Virus record (IMG/VR): IMGVR_UViG_3300020048_000017
Span: 64,001-128,000 of that record
DNA: 64,000 nucleotides
Reading direction: 5' to 3' (one strand)
Source of the DNA: a virus
Below are positions 9,229-17,735 of the stretch, one piece after another. The notes beneath the pieces were generated by a model. That model made no database searches, was not told the origin of the DNA, and saw nothing but the letters and a program-made list of their open reading frames with translations. Both the position numbers and the translations under genes were made by a program. Position 1 is the first letter of the stretch. Each line of letters starts with the position of its first letter.

Positions 9229-10038
9229 TCAAGCGAAAACGTCAACTACTGTGATATTCTCTCGCGATTCAAAGATAGTTTCGAAATCTGCTTGCGAATT
9301 AGTTGTGAAAATGTGATCATAAACAGTGGCTAATGAAGCCAGACCGTTATCAATATCTGTGTGAGCTACCGCTAGGTTGATTTTCTTGGCACCCCTCTCG
9401 GTCAGAGCTTTGTGAAGACCAAAGAACGTCCCCCCTTTAGCGCAAACGTCATCGACCACAAGATAAGTCAGATCTGGATCGAGGTTATCATAAGGCACCT
9501 CAATACTTTTAATTTGACCATTCGTAACGTCGCGGACCTTATTAGCTTGGATCATGTTAAACCCAAACTCTTTAGCCACTCCTAAAGTCCTTTTTGCCGC
9601 CCCTGCATCAGGAGCTACCAGAACGGTCCTTTGCACCATCCGTTCGTGCATTTTAGGGCAAACGGCTTCATTAAAAACATCCTGCAATTCCCTAATAACC
9701 AAATTATCAATAACAGCCCCGATTACGTCGGAATGAGGAACTACGGTGTGAATTTCGTCGAACCCAAGATAATTAATAGCTTGGCCAATTACTTTAGCCG
9801 AAAAAGGCTCTCCGTAGACACATACTCGATCTTGTCGAGCCGAAGGAATATAAGGAATGTTTAGAATAACTTTCCCCCTATAACCTGTATTATACAGGGC
9901 GTTTTTTTGATAAGCGACCTTTATAAAGTCGAACCCTTGCGAATCAATCACAACGGTATCTCCAAAGTGCTCTCCAATCAAACAATGGTAACTACCGTCT
10001 GGGAATCGAAGTTCCTTTTCAATTTTAAGCTTTTGCAT
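9229..10038 (-). CDS. prs: Ribose-phosphate pyrophosphokinase-family protein (likely Adps of NARP1)
   Basis: IPYIPSARQDR, PHSDV, VAPDAGAAKR, VVDDVCAKGGTF; ATG 10038 lies 5 nt after a promoter -10. Confidence 0.88.
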   Translation of the reverse strand: MQKLKIEKELRFPDGSYHCLIGEHFGDTVVIDSQGFDFIKVAYQKNALYNTGYRGKVILNIPYIPSARQDRVCVYGEPFSAKVIGQAINYLGFDEIHTVVPHSDVIGAVIDNLVIRELQDVFNEAVCPKMHERMVQRTVLVAPDAGAAKRTLGVAKEFGFNMIQANKVRDVTNGQIKSIEVPYDNLDPDLTYLVVDDVCAKGGTFFGLHKALTERGAKKINLAVAHTDIDNGLASLATVYDHIFTTNSQADFETIFESRENITVVDVFA

Positions 10039-10043
10039 GTCCG

Positions 10044-10071
10044 AACTTAACACGGTTCGGGGCTTTGTCAA
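10044..10071 (-). promoter_or_regulatory. sigma70-like promoter TTGACA-N16-TAAGTT, probably leaderless
   Basis: -35 at 10071-10066, -10 at 10049-10044, ATG 10038. Confidence 0.65.
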
Positions 10072-10075
10072 GCGG

Positions 10076-10222
10076 TTAAAACACTTTTTTATCGTCTTTT
10101 CTTTCGTCTTCTACCGAGGTCTCTCGGACTTTAAGTAATCTATGCTGGGTAACATATTCGCAATGCCGACACTTGAACGTTTTCCGTTCAGAATATCTCT
10201 CCAACACGGTTCCTAGTCTCAT
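10076..10222 (-). CDS. Small hypothetical protein (48 aa) with CxxC
   Basis: Not in track. ATGA overlap with the ligase stop; MRLGTVLERYSERKTFKCRHCEYVTQHRLLKVRETSVEDERKDDKKSV. Confidence 0.5.
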   Translation of the reverse strand: MRLGTVLERYSERKTFKCRHCEYVTQHRLLKVRETSVEDERKDDKKVF

Positions 10223-11457
10223 GAAAGAATTTCTACACCTTTGTCAAACAATTCGGTTTCAGTAAGTAGGAATCTGCTGGATTTAAATTTATAAGCCTTA
10301 AATTCAAGACCTTCCTTTCTAACAACTACCCCTTCTTCTGGGACTGCGTTTTTACACATGAAACAATCCTTCTCATTGAATTCTTCTTTCATTTTTAGAA
10401 CCCAATCTTTTCTCCAGTCGTCTTGAGTAATATCCACGCCTCTGAGAATACAGTAATCTCGAACTAAGCCACTGTAAAATACCTTTGGCATTTCTAGCCC
10501 GTTTTTCAGGCAGAATTCTGCAATCTGAGGAGTCGAGAATTCAATAGTTCTGCCTTCTGGAGAAGTGTAGGTAATTCTGTAAACCAGAATCTTATTAAAT
10601 GGCCCTCCCACAGCATTCGGATCACAACCATAGTCGTAACCACTTTGAATAATTCCACCAGTGACATTGTAACCAACAATCTCTCCATAAATAGCGAGAC
10701 CGTTATAAAGCACCGGATCTAGAGTTTTGGTAGCCTCTACCCAAAGATCGTATTTTTTACAATCCATTCTTTTGATAGTATTACGACTAGACGAAACGAG
10801 TTCGTATTTTGGCGACAAATTGAATTTCCAGAACTTTCTATTTTTCAAGACTCTTCTAGAAGTAAACGAAGTCCCATGAACTTTGTAAGAGATCGAAATA
10901 ATGTCATCCAAATTAAACTCTCTCATATTTCTAACAAGATGAGAAGTGTCTTTATGGAATGAGAATTGTCCTTCTGGAAAAGCGTAGATAGACATAGCTT
11001 TACTACCTCCTACCGGACCTCCGCTATTGTTGGTTTTGGGCACGTATTTTTCGCAGACTTCTTCACCATCAATCAAATTAAAAGTGTCGCCCTCTTTGAG
11101 TTTCGAAGGGTCGCAGAATCCGCTAAGAGAACTCAGAGGCATGATAAGACCTTCTGACAATTCACCTCTCAGTCTCATGGCTTTAACCCGTCCGCTCTTC
11201 TCGAAGAATCCAACTTTCTCTTTATTGTTATTCATTTCCGAGTCTTTGTAAATAGAATTCTCACTAAGAAACTTGTGGGAAATCTTACACTCGACAGGAA
11301 AATAAACCATGAGTCCTTCTTGGGCGCTAAGATCAGTGATCACGTTATTGAAGTTTACACTCCAACAAAGTAGTTTATCCGCGTTGTTATGTTTGCGAGG
11401 ATTTTTTGTCCTTACAATGACTGCTGAGTAATTCTCGTTTGTAATTTTTAGCTTCAT
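10219..11457 (-). CDS. RNA ligase with N-terminal OB domain (DRB0094/Rnl2-like)
   Basis: HNNADKL..LVYFP..RVKAMRLRGELSEGL OB module; motif I KVHGTS; YGEIVG; EGVVVR; FKAYK. Confidence 0.85.
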   Translation of the reverse strand: MKLKITNENYSAVIVRTKNPRKHNNADKLLCWSVNFNNVITDLSAQEGLMVYFPVECKISHKFLSENSIYKDSEMNNNKEKVGFFEKSGRVKAMRLRGELSEGLIMPLSSLSGFCDPSKLKEGDTFNLIDGEEVCEKYVPKTNNSGGPVGGSKAMSIYAFPEGQFSFHKDTSHLVRNMREFNLDDIISISYKVHGTSFTSRRVLKNRKFWKFNLSPKYELVSSSRNTIKRMDCKKYDLWVEATKTLDPVLYNGLAIYGEIVGYNVTGGIIQSGYDYGCDPNAVGGPFNKILVYRITYTSPEGRTIEFSTPQIAEFCLKNGLEMPKVFYSGLVRDYCILRGVDITQDDWRKDWVLKMKEEFNEKDCFMCKNAVPEEGVVVRKEGLEFKAYKFKSSRFLLTETELFDKGVEILS

Positions 11458-11963
11458 TTTTGTGCGTCTACGACGATACTTTCTATTTCGTTAAATTCGT
11501 GCCCAATTACTTTGTGATGATTATCAATGCCTCTTAATTCTGGGAAATTGGATTGCCCCGTTTTCTGTATAGTTACCGTGAACCCAAGACTTCCCAGCAC
11601 TGCTTCTAGGATCTCTTCGCTATACCAAGTTTGGTGTCCGTGTTGTAGGGTAATAGCCTCCACTCCTTCTTTGCCCCATCCACTTTGTTGAACGAAGCTT
11701 CTGTAACTATCGTTTTGGTTTTTGAAAATCTGGACTACTGATGGAACGGCGACCCTTAAAACTCCACCCTTTTTTAAAATTCTTCTAGCCTCCTCGAAGA
11801 ACCTGTAAGCCTCTTGGATACCTACGTGTTCTACGCAATGTTCGATAAATAGAAAGTCTGTGGATTCGTCCCTCCAAGGGAGCCTCTTTGTAATGTCTAC
11901 GTCGGCATCATGGTTCGTCCACCCGCCTAAGAAGTTTGTGCCGCAGCCTAGTTGAATTTTCAT
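11454..11963 (-). CDS. Class I SAM-dependent methyltransferase
   Basis: QLGCG motif I, EHCVEH, RILKKGGVLRVAVP. Confidence 0.85.
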   Translation of the reverse strand: MKIQLGCGTNFLGGWTNHDADVDITKRLPWRDESTDFLFIEHCVEHVGIQEAYRFFEEARRILKKGGVLRVAVPSVVQIFKNQNDSYRSFVQQSGWGKEGVEAITLQHGHQTWYSEEILEAVLGSLGFTVTIQKTGQSNFPELRGIDNHHKVIGHEFNEIESIVVDAQK

Positions 11964-12640
11964 TCTGTAAAATTAACAATCAAGACTTCTTCTTCTGTAA
12001 GTTTTTGAATATAGAAGGCCTCTCCGCTTTCTAATGACCTTTTCAAATTTTGGGGCTTTGATCTCCCATAACCCATTTTAGTAAAAGCGAACCTATTCGA
12101 AAATGATTGATTAAGAATAGAGGCGAATTTACTTTCGGGCCTGATGTAACCTCTTCCCGCGTCATTCCCTCCGAAGTGAGTATAAGCGTTTACGAAATCC
12201 AAAATCGCAGAATGTCTAACTAAGAAAAGACTTTGCTCTAAGGCCTGTCCATCTGCGTGAACTGACTGTCCTACAACGATCTCTTTGGCGTGAGAGTAAA
12301 GTTCATCGACCCAATCTCCGAAGGCGAGGCAGTCTTGCTCTTTATAAATAAAGTCTGTATTATTTGAATAAGCTAAGTAAGCGCCCGTTATAAACGACAT
12401 GCTCCAGCCGCAAAATTTCTTATTTGGATAGTCGTTTACATCCAGATCGTGAACGTGACCTAGATTATAAGACAGGTCAATCCATTTGCCCCATTTTTCC
12501 TCTGGACAAAAATCGGAATTAACATTGATTACAAAAATGTCTTTCGGTTCGCTGAACTTATGAGTATTCTTCCACCAAGTTTCGAAAAACTTAGCCCGAG
12601 CGGTGTCGGGTCCGTAATAACCTGTTGCGATAGTATACAT
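11960..12640 (-). CDS. Putative glycosyltransferase-like protein
   Basis: DFIYKEQDCL resembles a degenerate GT-A DxD region; lies next to a methyltransferase. Confidence 0.4.
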   Translation of the reverse strand: MYTIATGYYGPDTARAKFFETWWKNTHKFSEPKDIFVINVNSDFCPEEKWGKWIDLSYNLGHVHDLDVNDYPNKKFCGWSMSFITGAYLAYSNNTDFIYKEQDCLAFGDWVDELYSHAKEIVVGQSVHADGQALEQSLFLVRHSAILDFVNAYTHFGGNDAGRGYIRPESKFASILNQSFSNRFAFTKMGYGRSKPQNLKRSLESGEAFYIQKLTEEEVLIVNFTE

Positions 12641-13158
12641 TAGTGTCCGTTGTTAATTTTATACTTTCTATTTAGAAAGTCTGTAAATTGTTGTTCGTCT
12701 TGTTCTCTAACGCAAAACCTAATTTTCGTAGGCTCGTCCTCAAAATATTTGTAAAATAAATCCCACATAACTGAAAAATCCCCACCTCCAATTCCACAAC
12801 CTATAAACGCTGGAACTTTAATTACAGCACCTTCGTAACCAGCGAATTTAAAGTCTTCACTTAGGTTTTCAAGAATTTCTTCCCAAGCTTCGTAATCAGT
12901 ATCGTGTTTCAAAAACAAACTTCCGATTGAATACTGACCGTAAGCATTGATTACAGATACGTCTCCACAATCGACAATTTCGTAAGTTCCAAGTTTATTC
13001 TCGTTCCCCCACTCTGTGGCTAAGTCGGCAGCAGCCGCTTTAGGAAAGCGTCTAGCCATCTCGGCAGAGAGCCCGCCGTGAACATGAAAACAGTTTTTCT
13101 GCTCCATGATAAAATCTCCCTCTACGTCAAAGAGGTCTCCGTAAACATACTCGATCAT
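12640..13158 (-). CDS. Macrodomain ADP-ribose-processing protein (Poa1p-like)
   Basis: YVYGDLF, NC..GGLSAEMARRFP, INAYGQY, PAFIGCGIGGGDF. Confidence 0.88.
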   Translation of the reverse strand: MIEYVYGDLFDVEGDFIMEQKNCFHVHGGLSAEMARRFPKAAAADLATEWGNENKLGTYEIVDCGDVSVINAYGQYSIGSLFLKHDTDYEAWEEILENLSEDFKFAGYEGAVIKVPAFIGCGIGGGDFSVMWDLFYKYFEDEPTKIRFCVREQDEQQFTDFLNRKYKINNGH

Positions 13159-13163
13159 GAGGG

Positions 13164-13191
13164 ATTATAACCCTCTTTGAGAGCTTGTCAA
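13164..13191 (-). promoter_or_regulatory. sigma70 consensus promoter TTGACA-N16-TATAAT, probably leaderless
   Basis: -35 at 13191-13186, -10 at 13169-13164, ATG 13158. Confidence 0.8.
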
Positions 13192-13535
13192 GTCTTTTCT
13201 AAGATTTGGACGCTACTTTTTCCGTTATTGATCCCAAATTGGAATAAAATGAAATTTCCATAAGTCACCCAGTTGAACTCAAAGCCATTTTCGTCTCGGC
13301 CCTTTTTGTCGTCAAGCTTCGAAAGAAACCATCCGTCAAATTCTAAGTGGTCTAAAAACCCCTCTTCATCGAATGGAAATTTTCCGAACCTTTTATCTAA
13401 GTCCCAATCTTTAATATCTTGGAAAAACGAAATTTCTTCGAATTCTTCTGTTTTTGCGCCGCTTGTTAATTTAAAACCCGATTCTGTCTCTTTAAGGGTT
13501 TTTTTACTATCTTCAAAAAATAATGATAATGTCAT
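13188..13535 (-). CDS. Hypothetical protein
   Basis: ORF in tightly packed operon with overlapping start/stop. Confidence 0.6.
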   Translation of the reverse strand: MTLSLFFEDSKKTLKETESGFKLTSGAKTEEFEEISFFQDIKDWDLDKRFGKFPFDEEGFLDHLEFDGWFLSKLDDKKGRDENGFEFNWVTYGNFILFQFGINNGKSSVQILEKT

Positions 13536-13813
13536 TTTAAAAAATCTTGGAATTGTTTCTTTTCGATATCGAGTTCTTCATGATCTTTACAAAAATTTAA
13601 AGCTTGAATTAATGAGTCTTTTTTAAGATTGAAGTGGGCTCCTGTTTTAAAATTCTTAATAATAAATAAAAAATGGCTTAAATCTAAAAGCCAAGATATC
13701 TCCTGCTTCTTTTCTTTAAAAATATCCCTTAGGGCAACCTGTCTTTCTAGGAACCCATCGATCTTATCGGGATTGGCCGCAAAAGACTTAATTAAAAAAT
13801 CATCAAAATTCAT
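13532..13813 (-). CDS. Hypothetical protein
   Basis: ORF with start/stop overlaps on both sides. Confidence 0.6.
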   Translation of the reverse strand: MNFDDFLIKSFAANPDKIDGFLERQVALRDIFKEKKQEISWLLDLSHFLFIIKNFKTGAHFNLKKDSLIQALNFCKDHEELDIEKKQFQDFLK

Positions 13814-14589
13814 TAAAATGTAATTACGTCGTATATTTCTTCAAACTCCGAAAACTCTACCATATCTAAAATGCCGCCTTTTTCATCGGTTCTCAAAAGT
13901 TTCGCCGCTCCCTCTCCTCTATCTACATTTCTACTTTTACTGAAACCTATTAAGTAGTCGTCTCTTTGTTTATCAAAGCCCCTTAAATATCCAGTTAAGG
14001 AAAATTGCGGTTTTAAATTTTTATAAAGCGTTGAAGTTTTAGATTCGAGGAAGTATAAATCTAGACCTTTGACTTTTAAAGAATGAGGATGTTGAAGGCC
14101 TGTTATAACGGAAGGTCCGTTTAAAATCTCTACGCCGCCATTTGTTGCATCCTTTTTGTTTGATCCACTCTCTCCGAAATTTGAGAAAATTAATTGGTTT
14201 CGGAAAACCTCTATAGAATTTATGTGAAACTTGTCCGTCCCAAATCCTTTTGTGAAAAATAATTCGGTTTTATCAGATGCTAAATTCCCATTTTCGACTT
14301 TAATCCTACCGATTGAATCGTTGTATGTCCCAACTAAATATAAATAACCATCCCATTCTAAAATGGAATGGATATCTCTAAGGCCAGTTCTAAACATATT
14401 TACAACTTCATAATTATCTGAAATTTTGTAAATGTTTATGCCGTCGCTTACTACGAAAAACCCTCCTTTTGTTTTTACTATTCCGGTCGTCGAGATTCCT
14501 AAGTTAACTTTCTCAATAACTTCAAAAGAGTCATTTAAGATTGCTAAAGAATCTTTTCTACCAGCATTACAAAAGGAAACGGCGATCAT
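13813..14589 (-). CDS. Beta-propeller protein, DUF4915/TIGR03032-like
   Basis: DIHSI, KFHINSI, GLQHPHS..LYFLES, GYLRG, YLIGFSKSR blade motifs. Confidence 0.65.
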   Translation of the reverse strand: MIAVSFCNAGRKDSLAILNDSFEVIEKVNLGISTTGIVKTKGGFFVVSDGINIYKISDNYEVVNMFRTGLRDIHSILEWDGYLYLVGTYNDSIGRIKVENGNLASDKTELFFTKGFGTDKFHINSIEVFRNQLIFSNFGESGSNKKDATNGGVEILNGPSVITGLQHPHSLKVKGLDLYFLESKTSTLYKNLKPQFSLTGYLRGFDKQRDDYLIGFSKSRNVDRGEGAAKLLRTDEKGGILDMVEFSEFEEIYDVITF

Positions 14590-14999
14590 TCAAAAACTAC
14601 CGAAAGTCCGTCAATAAATCTGGGCATCGAGCCTTCCGTGGCTTTGTCGCAAGTCACTTTAATAACGCTTTTACCTCGGAGAGTTTTAGCAAGCTTTGCA
14701 TTAGCGCTCGTAATAACTGGTGGGGAATAAACATTTATAAATTTATCTAACGTCACTCGGTCCGAATCGCTAAAATCCCCAGAAGGACTCTTTGAATCAA
14801 CTCCTTCAAAATCTGGAACAAACTCTTCTTGAACTTCTGCCGCCACTTCTTCAGTTACTTCAACAGTTACTTCAACAGCCTCCTCATTAGATTCTTGAGC
14901 GATTTCTTCAACCTCAACATTCGCTACTTCTACTTTCGGTGTTTTCTTTACTGTTTTTTTGCTTGCTGCTTTTTTCATTTTACTTTTGCTTTTTATCAA
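14586..14999 (-). CDS. Hypothetical protein, Lys-rich N-terminus then Glu/Val-rich tract
   Basis: MIKSKSKMKKAASKK..VEVANVEVEEIAQESNEEAVEVTVEVTEEV. Confidence 0.65.
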   Translation of the reverse strand: MIKSKSKMKKAASKKTVKKTPKVEVANVEVEEIAQESNEEAVEVTVEVTEEVAAEVQEEFVPDFEGVDSKSPSGDFSDSDRVTLDKFINVYSPPVITSANAKLAKTLRGKSVIKVTCDKATEGSMPRFIDGLSVVFE

Positions 15000-15507
15000 A
15001 CTTTAAAAATCCTGATTTTTGAGCAGAACCCTCTGAAGAGGTTGGTTCAACGGCTTTCGTAAAACTATTTCTAATTTCTTCTAATAGAAGCCCTAGTTTG
15101 TTCGCGCCCGTTCCGGTCTCTTTAACTCCCCAAAAATCATCGCCCCAGTGGTTTGCGTTAATTAGGCTTTTTGACTTAGTCTTTATAAGCTTTTCTTTCA
15201 AACCTTGATCTAAAAACTTTGATTCAAGAACTTCTTTCATAATAGACTCTCTTGCGTCCATCCAGTTGCTAGGGATGGGAAGGTCTCTGGCTATATCTCT
15301 AGTCTGGTAAGGGTCTGCTTCCTGCAAGGTTTTGATAGACTCTTCTGTCGAACATCTTGCTGAGTAAAAAGCATTTGCGGCAGACGGAAATTCACGACCT
15401 TTGTATTTTACAACACAAGGAAAATTTAAAGCTAGGAACTCGAAATCTTCCAAAAAGCCAAAAACTTTACTTTCGTCCGAACTAACATATTTGAGAATAG
15501 GATTCAT
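14980..15507 (-). CDS. NADAR (YbiA-like) family protein
   Basis: FPSAANAFYSAR, WMDARESIMKEVLESKF, LINANHWGDDFWG, GANKLGLLLEEIR. Confidence 0.88.
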   Translation of the reverse strand: MNPILKYVSSDESKVFGFLEDFEFLALNFPCVVKYKGREFPSAANAFYSARCSTEESIKTLQEADPYQTRDIARDLPIPSNWMDARESIMKEVLESKFLDQGLKEKLIKTKSKSLINANHWGDDFWGVKETGTGANKLGLLLEEIRNSFTKAVEPTSSEGSAQKSGFLKFDKKQK

Positions 15508-15514
15508 AGTATAA

Positions 15515-15521
15515 ATTACAC
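15515..15521 (-). promoter_or_regulatory. GTGTAAT upstream motif
   Basis: GTGTAATTTATA, 7 nt before ATG 15507; the same 12-mer lies before nrdB. Confidence 0.45.
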
Positions 15522-15773
15522 CTAAGATAGGAGTTCTGCCGGAATAAGTGGGGTAATATCATCACCGATGTTAAACGAAACTTCCTCGGTTTCTGCGATA
15601 AAATCAAATAATTTACGTATTTTGATTAAAAATGGAGTCTCTCCTTCTATTAAAATTACATACTCCCCATTGAAGTATGTAACTCTAGAAGTAACAACTA
15701 AATCTAAACATAAGACCTTATATAAGGAACCCTCCTGAACGCATTCTCTAACTCTTTGTATAGTAGCTTTCAT
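15522..15773 (-). CDS. Hypothetical protein
   Basis: ORF in operon. Confidence 0.55.
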   Translation of the reverse strand: MKATIQRVRECVQEGSLYKVLCLDLVVTSRVTYFNGEYVILIEGETPFLIKIRKLFDFIAETEEVSFNIGDDITPLIPAELLS

Positions 15774-16264
15774 GCAAATGAGTTCAGTTTATTAATTTGA
15801 ATTCCAATACCATCTCTACTCATTACTAAATTATCGTCTATATCTCCCGCTTTGTGTTTGGTTCCCACTGTCTTCAAAGTCTCTTTGTTTACCCATCCTA
15901 AAATCCAAACCTTTTTCAAACTCTTCAAACATCTTACAAAAATATAGCCGTCGCATTTTTGGTCAATATAAGTGTTGATTGTGCAGTTGAAATTTCCTTT
16001 GGGTTTTACTGTGGTCATTTTTGTTTTGATATCCCATTTTTTACCCTTGTCATCCATAATATCAAAATCGTATGGATTGTATTCTGTTGGATGTAGTTTC
16101 CAACCTTTCTGTTCAAAATAATCTCCACAAACCACCTCTCCCAAAAAAGCATATAGATTTCTAGCCCCGCCCATGATCGAACTGGCGTTTAGCTTGAAGT
16201 TCTTAGCTAGGTCTTCCGCCCTAGATCTTTGATCTTCGGTTGTATTAAACTCTAAAATCTTCAT
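15770..16264 (-). CDS. PD-(D/E)XK nuclease-like protein
   Basis: LGEVVC..DFDIMDDKGKKWDIKTK (D..D-x-K) pattern. Confidence 0.55.
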   Translation of the reverse strand: MKILEFNTTEDQRSRAEDLAKNFKLNASSIMGGARNLYAFLGEVVCGDYFEQKGWKLHPTEYNPYDFDIMDDKGKKWDIKTKMTTVKPKGNFNCTINTYIDQKCDGYIFVRCLKSLKKVWILGWVNKETLKTVGTKHKAGDIDDNLVMSRDGIGIQINKLNSFA

Positions 16265-16266
16265 TC

Positions 16267-16671
16267 TTAATTCCTTTCATAATCTTCCTCCCTGATTCTT
16301 CTGATAATATCAGAAGTATGTTCCATAGAAGGCTTCAAATAAAAGGCCACATCCTCTGGGATTTCTAACCACTCTTTGCTCCCTCTCCATTCTTCTGATG
16401 TAAAGAATATATCACAAGGAAACTTGGAAAAAAGTTCGAGTGCTGTCCCAGAAAACAGAAGGGCTTCATCTACACATTTTAAACTTTTTATAATTCTAAG
16501 TCTATTATATTGAGTAAATACCGGAAGTCGTTTTCTGCAATCTTTGGTCTCTCTAACACCAACTATTAAAAAATCGCACTTCTCTCTGCATCGTTCTAAA
16601 AATTCCAAATGACCTACATGAAAAAGGTCGAAAGTTCCGCTAGTTAATCCTACCTTCATTCTTCTTCCCAA
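16267..16671 (-). CDS. Cytidylyltransferase (TagD/RfaE-like HxGH family)
   Basis: SGTFDLFHVGHLEFL, LIVGV, R..IIKSLKCVDE, HTSDIIRRI. Confidence 0.9.
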   Translation of the reverse strand: MGRRMKVGLTSGTFDLFHVGHLEFLERCREKCDFLIVGVRETKDCRKRLPVFTQYNRLRIIKSLKCVDEALLFSGTALELFSKFPCDIFFTSEEWRGSKEWLEIPEDVAFYLKPSMEHTSDIIRRIREEDYERN

Positions 16672-17735
16672 TTTCTATCTACTTGCCTTAAATGTCCTTC
16701 AAATTCTCCAGTAGGTTCATGGAACGTATATAGATGAACGTGCTTTCCATCTCTGCGAATAATGTGGTCAGAGGGGCAGTGAGGCAATCCTCCAATTTTG
16801 ATACCGTTCGGTTGCCACCTATTCCAAATAATAAATAGATCTTCCGTCCCCTTACCTTCGTATCCGTGAAAATCAATGAGAGATAATGCTTTATTTCCAC
16901 AAAGGGTATTTCCAAATCCACACCAATCTGAAGGGATAATAGCACCCTTTCCTATACTGGGATAAGCGTAATCTAGCCAGCCCCTTTTCTTCCATCCAAA
17001 CTTGGAAGTGACACTAAACACATTTCCGTCAGGAGGACATTTTTTTTCAATATAGTTATCCCATCTTCTAATCTTATTAAAGATTGTTTTTCTTTCTTGA
17101 AGGGAAATATCCTTAAAAGGTTCGTTTTCGTTTTTAACTTTTTCTTCCAACTCAATTTCTAGAGTTTTAAGCTTTTTCTCTAAATCCTTAACTCTTTTAG
17201 AAACTCTCTCTGGAACAATTTTCTCCTCTGGATAGAAGTTTGGAAGAATTTGTCTTTGAGGAGTCCCATGTCCTAGCATGAATGGACCCCCACCTTGAGA
17301 AGGGTAGGGACAGGCTGCGACTCCATAATAACCCCTATCGAAATTCAATAAGTCTACCATACACCTAAGGCTATTAGGTTTTGGAATAACGTCGCTATCT
17401 AAAGACCAATAATAATCAGCTTGAAACTTCTGAGCTTCCAAGGCTCCAAGAGTTCTCATTTTAGCGATTAATAACTGAGCGGATTTTTTATAATTTGGCA
17501 AATCAAACTCTACTTTATCCAAAGTAATATGTTCAACTTGCCAATTTTTCGGCAAATTATGTTTATAGAAAATCTCCAATTTTTCCATTCTCTCATTTCC
17601 GCAAGAGACTAAAATTAAAAGACCTTCAACATCCTCTCCGAAATAACTCATATTTGCACAAACTGCCGTAGCCTGAGTTTTTACAGCATAAGCGTAATCC
17701 CTCGTAGCATTTATGTTAATCGCTAGTTTTTTCAT
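16656..17735 (-). CDS. GT-A fold glycosyltransferase-like protein with coiled-coil insert
   Basis: YYWSLDSDV DxD, CGFGNTL, GTEDL; ATG 17735 overlaps upstream stop. Confidence 0.6.
   Translation of the reverse strand: MKKLAININATRDYAYAVKTQATAVCANMSYFGEDVEGLLILVSCGNERMEKLEIFYKHNLPKNWQVEHITLDKVEFDLPNYKKSAQLLIAKMRTLGALEAQKFQADYYWSLDSDVIPKPNSLRCMVDLLNFDRGYYGVAACPYPSQGGGPFMLGHGTPQRQILPNFYPEEKIVPERVSKRVKDLEKKLKTLEIELEEKVKNENEPFKDISLQERKTIFNKIRRWDNYIEKKCPPDGNVFSVTSKFGWKKRGWLDYAYPSIGKGAIIPSDWCGFGNTLCGNKALSLIDFHGYEGKGTEDLFIIWNRWQPNGIKIGGLPHCPSDHIIRRDGKHVHLYTFHEPTGEFEGHLRQVDRNWEEE

Noticed and set aside
16267-16671. HxGH protein as an NMNAT completing NAD salvage
   Set aside because: Length and motifs (FDLFHVGH, R..IIKSLKCVDE, TSDII) fit TagD/RfaE sugar cytidylyltransferases better, and it is coupled to a GT gene.
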